Shown: one piece after another, positions 49,191-60,014 of the stretch
Layout of the letters: each line of letters starts with the position of its first letter
How positions within the stretch are numbered: position 1 is the stretch's first letter
Assembly: GCA_038087875.1 (NCBI GenBank)
Contig: CM075978.1
Coordinates: 24,552,001 to 24,616,000, forward strand
Source of the DNA: Malacoraja senta
Taxonomy: Eukaryota
Length of the DNA stretch: 64,000 nucleotides
Direction: 5' to 3'
Position numbers and translations under genes: made by a program
The notes under the pieces: generated by a model
What the model was told of the DNA's origin: nothing
Database searches by the model: none
The model's input: only the letters and a program-made list of their open reading frames with translations

Positions 49191-49292
49191 GTAGTCAACT
49201 GTAAAGGGCAACATAGCATCTCATATACATTATCCAGAAATCAGACTGTGGTGGTAGAGTATACCCATGACAAAGATACAGACATGTTCCAG
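49191..49292 (+). CDS. PELI2: E3 ubiquitin ligase Pellino-2 exon 3 (VVNCKGQHSISYTLSRNQTVVVEYTHDKDTDMFQ)
   Basis: ttacAG/GTGAGT boundaries; 102 nt, phase 0/0; PELI2-type sequence. Confidence 0.95.
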
Positions 49293-49857
49293 GTGAGTTT
49301 TATTACATATTGTCGTAAAATAATCTAAAAGCTTACTAGATTCGGAAAAACTAAATCAATGCAGATTTTATGTTGCAATCCAACAGCGAGCCATTCTTCT
49401 TAGTCTGTTTTGGTGAATTCCTCTGGACTTCTGCTGATGTGCAAGCAATTCCATTGTAGAAGCACTCAATTTAATGTATCTTTCAAATGCGCAAGTTTCA
49501 ACTCCTCTATCAAATAAAATATTAAAAATAGTAATTGTAAATCTGGTATGATGAAACTGCCCCACATTGACCCAATTGCCATCACTAAAGTACATCTGCT
49601 TCTGCGGATAGTATGTTTCAGGAAGTAGTCTCTCCGGTTAAGCTTCTGACTGAAAGGCTGATCACTAGGTAAACCTGGAGGACCAACCAGGTAATGAAGG
49701 AGTTCAGAATGTATTACATTTTCTATTGATTGTTCACCTCTCACTATTAGAGAAGATGATTCAAAGAAGCCCTTGGCAGCTTGGACGTCACGTCACACAT
49801 GTTTAATTGGATGTAGATTGGGGGAAAAAATCTTCAGACTAAGGGGATTCAATATAA

Positions 49858-50650
49858 TTCGATATATAGGAGTCCACACTTGGAGCAGCGGATATAGTAG
49901 ATGAAGTTGGAGGAGGTGCAAGCGATCCTGTGCCGCAGGACTGCAACCACATAAGATGCAATACCTGTCCCTATACCTCCTCCCTAGACTCCGTCCAAGG
50001 ACCCCGACAGTCCATTCAGGTGAGGCAGAGGATCACTTGCACCTCTTCCAACCTCATCTACGGTATCCGCTGTTCCAGGTGTGGACTCCTATATATCGGC
50101 GGTACCAAGTGAAGGCTTGGTGATCGTTTTGCTGAACACCTCTGCAGTGCCCTCCTACACCTACGTGATCTTCTGGTTGCTAAACACTTTAACTCCCCCT
50201 CCCATTTCCATACTGACCTTTGTGTCCTGGGTTGGGCCTCCTCCATTGTCAGAGTGAGGCCCAAATCAAATTGGAGGAACAACACCTCATATTTCACTTG
50301 GCAGTTTACAACTCAACGGTATGAATATTAACTTCAGTTAACCCTTGCTTTCCCTCTCTCTCCATCCCCACTCCCCCATCCCAGTTCTGCGACTGACTGT
50401 CTGCCTGATTGAACTTTACTGATTGTGTGCCCCGTTGCCACCCTCTCCCTCAGCTGATAATGCTGTTCTACCTTTTCCTTGAACTTTGTCCCATTTGATC
50501 TTTCATTTTCACACCCTTCTCTTCCATATCTCTACTTCTCCCTCTACCCTACTCTCAGTCTGAAGAATGGTCTGAACCCAAAACGTCACCCATTCCTTCT
50601 ATCCAGAGATACTGCCTGTCCCGCTGAGTCACTCCAGCGTTTTGTGTATA
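49858..50650 (+). mobile_element. Penelope-like element 3' fragment with inverted 5' duplication and pLTR
   Basis: CTSSNLIYGIRCSRCGLLYIG motif; 49861-49929 is the reverse complement of 50029-50097; terminal CTGAAGAA...AAACGTC pLTR. Confidence 0.88.
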
Positions 50651-51367
50651 AAAACCGCTAGAGGTTGTGATCTATATCAGTGATAATAACATTGGTAGAT
50701 GAAAAGAATGACAACCTACAAGCAGATTAAACAAATAATATTAAAAAGGAGGATGTTGTTACTTACTGTTGGTGCCAAATGTTGGTGAGTACAGAAATAT
50801 GAAGTTAACATAGAAGGCATTACAATTGTTTTCTATGGAATGAGTGCTGAGAGGAGATTTAATTGAGGTGTATGGAATCATTAAGACTAGATGGTGAGCA
50901 TGAAGGACCTGTTTCCCTTAGCCGGGAGTTTCTGCATTTGGATATATAGAATAAAGTTAATTGTTGAAAGAATTAGTTGAAAGTTGGTGAAAAGTGCTAT
51001 CATCCTAGAATAGTGGGAGTCTGGAAACAACTGGAAAGGAGGCAGGAGTCTTTTGTCACCTTTGAAATGGAACTGGATGAGCCTTTGAAGAGTTGTAACT
51101 TGCCGGGAAGTTATCTTAGACTTTTGCTCTAAGAAAATGTGTGCACTGACTGGTTGGCATTTCTAATTTCGTTGTACATGTTTACATGTTATAATGACAA
51201 TAAAGTATTCATTCATTCATAATTTGATTTTGGCTATCATGGGCATGATGGACTGAAATATCTCATGTTTTATACATTTTTATGATTTAAGGATGACAAA
51301 GTCACCAATCAAAATAAATTACAATTATTGTAATGAGAAATTACTATTGGATAGCATTTATATAACA

Positions 51368-52959
51368 CTAGACTAAGTGCAGACCCGTTTGGTCTGCTCC
51401 CCCAACGCAATATTCCACCACTCACCTGGTCCCCCAACGCAACCTGTTCCTCCAGCGCAATATTCCATCACTCACGCATAGCCCCCAACTGCGCAGGCGC
51501 AGCTTATTTCCCCTAATCCCCCAGCACTCCCTCCCCCTCCTCTTCAGCCTCCCTCTTCTTTCCCCTCTCCTTCCTTCCCCCAATCCCTCCCTCCCTCTCC
51601 TTTCCCCTACCCTTAGTCACTCCCTCCCTCCATAACTCCTCTCCCCTCCCTACCCCCTCCTATCCCTCTATCCCCCACCTCCCCCACTCCTCACCTCCCC
51701 CACTCCTCACCTCCCCCTATACCCCTCCCCACTATCCCTCCTCACCTCCTCCACTGCCCTCCGTTCCCTCTATTCCCAACCCTACCTTCCCCACCCCCCT
51801 CCTCCCTCTATTCCTCCTCCTCCCCACTCTCCCTCCTCACCTCCCCCACTTTCCCCCCTAACCTCCCCCATTTTCCCCCCTCTCCCTCCCTACCCCCTCC
51901 TCCCCCTCAATCCCCTCACTGTCCCTCCTCACCTCCACAGGATCTTTCTCCTCTCCTCCTCCCCTCCCCCAATCCCTCCCTCTCCTTTCCCATACCCTCA
52001 GTCACTCCCGCCTTCCCTCCATAACTCCTCTCCCCTACCTACCCCCCTCCAATCCCTCTATCCCCCACCTCCCCCACTCCTCACCTCCCCCTATCCTCCC
52101 CACTATCCCTCCTCACCTCCCCCACTGCCCTCCTCTCTCTATTCCCCACTCCTTGCCTCCCCCACTCCCTCCCTCCTCTCTATTCCCCCTCCCTCACCAG
52201 ACATGAGACAGGAAAAAACAGAAAAAAGAGGAAGAGGTAGATTTCTCCGCGGATTTTGAAATTCGGCGAGGCCCCACCGCCGCTGCGAGGCTCCATTGCC
52301 GCGAGGCCCCACCACCGTCGCGGCCCCATCGTCGCGAGGCCTCACCGCCCCGGTCTCGATGCCGCCTGGATCGCCACATTGAACCCCGGACGGGGCCTGG
52401 CGGGTAGAAGCCCAGGTCGGACGAAGTGGCCGACGGGGCCCGCAGCTGGACACCACGGAGGCCGTGAAGTGGGCTCGCCTGCTCGGCACCACGGAGGCGC
52501 CCACAGACGCAGGCGAGTCCTGCCGGCGGAGCGTTATTGATGCTCACTCCGCTCCTTCAGCTTTATATTCTCCTCGCCGGGCGAGAGCGTTAGTGATGCT
52601 CACTTCGCTCCTTCAGCTTTATATTCTCCTTGCCTGGTGAGTCGGGCGCTGCCCGTGACTGACAGCGGACCTGGCCAATCAGTGCGGCGATGGTGCAGGG
52701 AGGGGCGTCGCTGTCCCAGTGACTGACAAGAGAGGAGACCAATCTGCATGGCGGCGACTGACAGGAGAGGCTACCAATCTGCATATGCACAGTTTTTAAG
52801 ATTTTTAAACCTTAATAACTTTTAAAATATACCATCGATCAGAACAAAACTTGTTGCCCTTGTAGCACAGGGGAATGGTGAGTAAGGTGGCGAAGAAACG
52901 TTGCGCTATCGCGTACCGTTTTTGCGCAAAACCGGAAGAGCACAAGATCAGAGTTTTAG

Positions 52960-53004
<45 letters not shown>

Positions 53005-53010
53005 TATAGA
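51368..53010 (-). mobile_element. Non-autonomous Helitron with C-rich low-complexity and CpG-rich cargo, in PELI2 intron 3
   Basis: CTAG terminus with hairpin GCAGACC...GGTCTGC; other end ...GAGTTTTAGTT(ATT)nTATAGA|T; A|T target site. Confidence 0.85.
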
Positions 53011-53325
53011 TTTGAGAAAATGTGACAACGTAACAGACAATATTAATTGAGGAAAATGACAGAGCTAAAAATTACTCAAGTTTTTAGTTATAACCTTGTA
53101 GATCTGAGATGCCTTCTAGATAAGAGATTTTAAACTAAATTTTAATGATCTGTTCATTGTTACGTGACTGGTATTTATAAATATTTTTTCAATATTATAA
53201 ATATTAATTTTAAATTGAAAACAATTATTTATATTTTGAAAATAGTTGTGCATTTGTAACACTTATCTACTCTGCTATGATCTGCAATACCATAATTATG
53301 TTATGTGTATTTGTTTTTTTCATAG

Positions 53326-53523
53326 ATTGGGAGGTCTACAGAGAACCCCATTGACTTTGTGGTTACAGACACTGTTTCTGGTAGCCAGAGTAATGATGAG
53401 ACACAAATCACTCAAAGCACCATCTCTAGATTTGCATGTAGAATAGTTTGTGATAGAAACGCACCATATAGTGCGAGGATTTATGCTGCAGGATTTGATT
53501 CATCGAAAAACATATTTCTTGGC
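53326..53523 (+). CDS. PELI2: Pellino-2 exon 4 (IGRSTENPIDFVVTD...FDSSKNIFLG), FHA core
   Basis: catAG/GTAAGT boundaries; 198 nt; FHA GRS and STISRFACRI motifs. Confidence 0.96.
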
Positions 53524-55027
53524 GTAAGTACATGTGGTGCAGGATTTGATAAATATAAAAGCAGGTTTTATTTTTAGCATGTTCAATGTGGGTAAATAGT
53601 TTGGTAGTGTGAATATTATTTTATCTTGTTAACCAGTTTAAACATAATGGCCCTATATTCTTTAGTGGAACTCTCCACTCAGACTTGCTGCTCACTATTC
53701 TGCCAAAGCTGCCTTCCTCTGATTTTAAGATTGAACTCGCTGGCTCAAGTTGTCCTGGAGATGAGTGATGAATCTTGGATTGGAACAAATTAATCAGATG
53801 GCGTGGGTGGGCCAACGCAGCCCTGCCAGCATTCTCTGGAAGCCTTTGAAAGACATGTCGTTAGACTGGTTAGGCAGATATAAAACTAATAAATAAAATT
53901 CAAACCTGAGAAGTGTGAGGTAAAGCTTTGTTGAGGGCAAACAAGGTGAAGGACTGCATGATAAATAACAGGATATTGAATAGTGGAGAATCTTGGAGTA
54001 CACACCTACATATCCTTGAAGGTAGTGGATCAGGTCATTGACATTCGGGTACATTCAAAATCAATTAATAAACACTTTAAGCAACACAGTTTTAAAAATT
54101 ACCATCCTTCAATCAACTAAAATCTCTGGAGCACTGTTAATAATTACAGATTTCAAAACAAACAAACATTAATTAATATGTATTTAGCTTACCCTATTGT
54201 TTCTGTTCATCCCTACAACTAAGCTATATAATCTGAATGCATTTAATAATTTAAGAAGGGTCCTGACCCTGACCCAAAATATCGTATGTACATTCCCTTC
54301 ACAGAGGCTGCCTGGTCTGCTAAGGATTTCACATCTAGCACAGGATCTGAGAGTAGATCAACTAGTGTAAGTGTTGGGGAAACTCAGCAAATTACTGTTC
54401 TACCATTGTCGTCCAGTTGCAGAGTATTCGTGAAAATTTGTTCATGACAGGTTTTCAACATCTCTATTCCTATGTGACTTCCAAAACTTATTGGCTCTGA
54501 ATGTTAAGAATTGTTCAGTTTTGAAAAGAATTGAAAGTTTTGAAAATGTCCTTAAGTTTCAGTTTTATTTTCATGTGCATTACAATTAAATAAACTTTTC
54601 CATTAAATACCTGAAAACCTATCCAAGCAGCAAGTATTATTTCACTTCCTTTAAATGCTTCTTATGTGTAAATTGCCAGTTTTTATAAGCATTATCATTT
54701 TCCATTATAGTCCTACTTTGTGGTAGTACACATTCTATGGTGTTAACATGTTATGAAACTTCTAAATTATTATATGTAAACAATTCTGAAGTCCTTTTGG
54801 TAAACATGTAACCATGTTTCAACAATTTTGATTATTAAATATATTCTGCAGATCCAAAGATGTATCTTTTATTTCAGATTTAGGGCTCGATGTAGATTGT
54901 GTAAGCAAATGTGGTCCTATCTTTACAAATGAAATATTTTCTAACAGCAGACAAATTTATCCTCTTGCTGAGTTATATTAAAATGTACATATTGTTAATC
55001 TATATTCTTTGGATTTGTTTTTAATAG

Positions 55028-55216
55028 GAAAAAGCTGCAAAATGGAAAAATCCTGATGGTCATATGGATGGGTTAACGACCAATGGTGTATTGGTAATGC
55101 ATCCTAGGGGAGGGTTTACAGAAGAATCTAGGCCTGGAGTGTGGCGAGAAATTTCCGTTTGTGGGGATGTCTACACGTTAAGGGAAACAAGATCAGCACA
55201 GCAAAGCGGAAATCTG
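55028..55216 (+). CDS. PELI2: Pellino-2 exon 5 (EKAAKWKNPDGHMDGLTTNG...RSAQQSGNL)
   Basis: aatAG acceptor; the CTG|GTTGGT donor gives 189 nt and keeps frame with exon 6. Confidence 0.93.
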
Positions 55217-56556
55217 GTTGGTAAACAAAGCCTTTCAATTTTAGAACGCGTTGGTTTACTAGTATATGGAGTATTTAAAGACTCCTGAGAAACAAAAACA
55301 GTATTCAAGTTATGAGTTTTTTTTAGAATCCTACATGCAGTTATGTCAAGCATGGCTTTGTGCTCTGGGAAGCCACAACCAGAATTGAAAATCCTTTCTT
55401 AAGAATTACTTTAAACAATTCTGTCATGAACATATGGGAAATTTCAAGAAGACTTTGTGTTTGACGTTAAAGAAGAATACATTTTTTTTTCATTATGGTG
55501 CAGATGTCGATAGATCTTGTTCTCGGAAAATATATGTTCGGTTAATGGCTGTTGAGCATGGGAAATGCTGTTGAGCATGGGAAAAGTGTGAAATGCCGTC
55601 TATTGTATTGGTCATCCCATCATGTTACAAGTTCCTTGGAGTTCTCAATCAGCACCTTATGAGAATATCTCCAGAAAATGTTTCTTCAAGAAGGGTTATT
55701 GAAAACGTGAGGGGCCTCACCCGTTTGAGGTTGCATTTGATTAGGTTTCTGAAATTGCAGCAGCAAACTCACCAAAATTCTAAATCAGCCCCCTCAAACT
55801 CTTTTTAAATAATTAGTATGTTTAGGTTATTGACATAAGGATAGTAATTATTTTTTTAGGTTCTGTTACAATGCATGTATTTAGACTAGGAAGTGTGGTA
55901 TTTTTTCCAATTAGTTTGGTGGCTCAGATTTCTTCCTTTGCAAAGGCATCCCTCTTTATCCTGGCTCAATCTCCATACAGAATGAAGGGACAAGATTTTG
56001 CTGATTGAGATTTCACCTTTTGGAGATAAAATACATTGAATATGAAAAAAATAATTTAAGTACATGAAATTTATAGATGAAACTTAAAAGGATTTTGTTG
56101 TTAACTATTTTTATTGCTGCACAATGAAAACACATACTGAGCTAACTGGAAAGAAAGTTGTCAAATCATTATGTCAGCAATGGGAAATATTTAAATAGAA
56201 GCCTTTTTCTCAGCTCTTCATTGCACTCAACAATCCTGAATTCTTCCCCAAACCGACCCTTGGCACCCAACAAAACAGGCTTTTTATAATAAGGGCCAAA
56301 AACTACCATCTAGCCCAATCTTTTGGTTCCACTAGTATTTCTAAGCCTTTTGTTACCTTGTTCAGTGAATGGTGAAGCATGTAATTCCAAAAGACCTTTC
56401 AGTCCTCTTTTTTACAGTAAATCTTATGCTAGAAATTAATGTCGACCTACTTTGATCCTAAAGTAGTTGCTGCTTAACTATGTGCCCAAAGCTGTAATTA
56501 AGTTAGAATGCATGATGTCTTTATGCTAGAAAGAATGCAGAGAAAATTTCCGAATA

Positions 56557-58201
56557 CAGTGCCCTCCATAATGTTTGGGACAAAGACCCATCATTTATTT
56601 ATTTGCCTCTGTACTCACAATTTGAGATTTGTAATAGAAAAAAAATCACATGTGGTTAAAGTGCACATTGTCAGATTTTAATAAAGGCCATTTTTATACA
56701 TTTTGGTTTCACCATGTAGAAATTACAGCAGTGTTTATACATTGTCCCCCCATTTCAGGGCACCATAATGTTTGGGACACAGCAATGTCATGTAAATGAA
56801 AGACATGTTTGGTATTTTGTTGCATATCCTTTGCATGCAATGACTGCTTGAAGTTTGTGATTCATGGACATCACCAGTTGCTGGGTGTCTTCTCTGGTGA
56901 TGCTCTGCCAGGCCTGTATTGCAGCCATCTTTAGCTTATGCTTGTTTTGGGGGCTAGTCCCCCTTCAGTTTTCTCTTCAGCTTATAAAAGGGATGCTCAA
57001 TTGGGTTCAGATGGGGTGATTGACTTGGCCACTCAACAATTGATCCATTTTTAGCTTTGAAAAAACTCCTTTGTTGCTTTAGCAGTATGTTTGGGATCAT
57101 TGGCTTGCTGTAGAATGAACCGCCGGCCAATGAGTTTTGAGGCATTTGTTTGAACTTGAGCAGATAGGATGTGTCTATACACTTCAGAATTCATTATGCT
57201 ACTACCATCAGCAGTTGTATCATCAATGAAGATAAGTGAGCCAGTACCTTCAGCAGCCATACATGCCAGGCCATAACACCCCCACCACCATGTTTCACAG
57301 ATAAGGTGGGATGCTTTGGTTCTTGGGCAGTTCCTTCTCTCCTCCATACTTTGCTCTAGCCATCACTCTGATATGTTAATCTTCGTCTCATCTGTCCACA
57401 AGACCTTTTTCCAGAACTGTGGTTGCTCTTTTAAGTACTTCTTGGCAAACTGTAACCCAGTCATCCCATTTTTGCGGCTAACCAGTGGTTTGCATCTCGC
57501 AGTGTAGCCTCTGTATTTCTGTTCATGAAGCCTTCTGCGGACAGTGGTCATTGACAAATCCACACCTGAAGAGTGTTTCTGATCTGTTGGACGGGTTTTG
57601 GGGGATTTTTCTTTATTATAGAAAGAATTCTTCTGTCATCAGCTGTGGAGGTCTTCCTTGGCCTGCCAGTCCCTTTGCGATTAGTAAGCTCATCAGTGCT
57701 CACTTTCTTCTTAATGATGTTCCAAACAGTTGATTTTGGTAAGCCAATGGTTTGGCTGATGTTTCTAACACTTTTAGTCTTGTTTCGCAGTCTCATAATG
57801 GCTTCTTTGACTTTCATTGGCACAACTTTGGTCCTCATGTTGATAAAAAGCAATAAAAGTTTCCAAAGGTGATGGAAAGACTGGAGGACAGACTAGGTGC
57901 TGAGAGCTCTCTTATACCTGCATTAAGGAGGGAATTAAACACACCTGAGCAATTACAAATGCCTGTAAAGCCATGTGTCCCAAACATTATGGTGCCCTGA
58001 AATGGGGGGACTATGTATAAACACAGCTGTAATTTCTACATGGTAAAACAAAAATGTATAAAATTGGCCTTTAATAAAATCTGACAATGTGCACTTTAAC
58101 CACATGTGATTTTTTTTTTCTATTACAAATCTCAAATTGTGGTGTACAGAGGCAAATAAATAAATGATGGGTCTTTGTCCCAAACATTATGGAGGGCACT
58201 G
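56557..58201 (-). mobile_element. Second-family Tc1-like element with decayed transposase, in PELI2 intron 5
   Basis: ~220-bp TIRs CAGTGCCCTCCATAATGTTTGGGACA with an inner direct repeat. Frameshifted fragments WTDETK, QQANDPKH and WPSQSPHLNPIE. TA on the left flank. Confidence 0.93.
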
Positions 58202-59447
58202 AATGTTGTCAGGACTGGAGGGGTTGTCAGGACTGGAGGGGTTGGATCGGCTTTATTCCTTGGAGCACAGGATTGTGAGGGGTGATCTTATAGAGGTGTA
58301 TAAAATCATGAGGGGAATAGATAGGGTGAATGCAGAGACTGTTACCCAGGATAGGTTAATCAAACACCTGAGGACAGATTTAAGATGAGGGGAAGATTTA
58401 ATAGGAACCTGAGGGACAACTTTTTCACAGTGTGGTGGGTATATGGCTTGAGTTGCCAGAGAAGATAGTTGAGGCAGGTGCAATAATAGCATGTAAAAGA
58501 CATTTGGACAAGTATATGGTACAAATAGACAAATTGAACTAACTTAGATGGGGCATTTTGTTCGGCATTGATGACTTGGGCCTGTTTCCGTGCTGTATGA
58601 CTCTAAGCTGCAGTTTTAAGACTTTCCTGTAATTGGACCTTGGTCTTAATCACATTTCCAGAGTTTTCCTTCAGTTGCAGTACTGGTCTGCAGTTGACCA
58701 TGGCAGTGGAGAAGGCTGAGGGACAGCACAGCAAATGCCATGCAAAAAGGTCACTTGGTCTAGCCAATATAGAGGAGGGTACATTGCGATCTTCCGGTTG
58801 CATGTCATTTCAACTCCACTTTCTATTTTGATATCAGCCTGTCTATCCTCTGCTGCCATATGAAAGCCAAACACACACAGGAAGAATAGCGCTTCGTATT
58901 CCACATCAATCCCAAATTCATGTTTCATGTATTACACTAATCGCTGTGTTGTCTTTACTTTTCTACCAACTCATCCAGGGTCCCTCTTTTTTCACCTTTT
59001 CCATCCTTCCGCACACCCCGTCATTACCTAGACTCATCAACCCAGTTAGTGTTATCACCAGAATTTGATAACTTGACCCAAGTTTTGACATCTTCTGACA
59101 TTCATAAATGCTTTCTGTAGGATGTCACTTCATGGTAATAAGGAATAACATATTTCCTGATTTTTGTTGTTGTTGCTTTTATTGAAGTGCAGAAGCCAAT
59201 AATAAACATTCCTGTCATACATACTTATGGAGGTAGACTGCTTCAGTGCCGCCTGGTCATTCTTGAACCTTCTTGGTCGGTGTTCTTGAGTTTAACACTT
59301 GTCATCCTACATTTCACATTGGAAAGGGATAAAACAAGACCATGCATTTATTTTTCTACACTGCTCATCGGGTGAATATAAGATATTTACATGAAATAAT
59401 TATGGAAAGAATTTCTTATGTATGCTTCATTTGAATAATTTTCTCAG

Positions 59448-60014
59448 GTGGAAACTGAAACAAATATTCTTCAAGATGGCTCACTTGTTGATCTTTGCGG
59501 AGCCACTCTTCTGTGGAGAACAGCAGATGGCTTATTCCTTACTCCTACTCAAAAACACATTGAGGCTCTTCGACAGGAGATAAATGCTGCCAGACCTCAG
59601 TGCCCGGTTGGTCTTAACACCTTAGCATTTCCCAGCATTAATCGCAAGGACATTGTGGAAGAGAAACAGCCATGGGCTTACCTCAGCTGTGGGCACGTCC
59701 ATGGTTACCACAATTGGGGACATCGCAGTGATACAGAAGCCAATGAGCGAGAATGTCCCATGTGCAGAACTGTGGGTCCATATGTACCTCTTTGGCTGGG
59801 TTGTGAAGCAGGATTTTATGTGGACGCAGGCCCTCCAACACATACATTTAGCCCATGTGGACATGTGTGTTCTGAAAAAACAGCAAAATATTGGTCACAA
59901 ATTCCATTACCACATGGTACTCATGCATTCCATGCAGCGTGCCCTTTCTGTGCAATCCAACTAAATGGAGAACAAGGCATCATTAAACTAATTTTCCAGG
60001 GACCAATTGACTGA
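59448..60014 (+). CDS. PELI2: Pellino-2 last coding exon with C-terminal RING-like domain, ending FQGPID*
   Basis: tctcAG acceptor; ORF with CGHVHG, CPMC, CGHVC and CPFC motifs; HRSDTEANERECPMC is PELI2-type. Confidence 0.98.
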   Translation: METETNILQDGSLVDLCGATLLWRTADGLFLTPTQKHIEALRQEINAARPQCPVGLNTLAFPSINRKDIVEEKQPWAYLSCGHVHGYHNWGHRSDTEANERECPMCRTVGPYVPLWLGCEAGFYVDAGPPTHTFSPCGHVCSEKTAKYWSQIPLPHGTHAFHAACPFCAIQLNGEQGIIKLIFQGPID

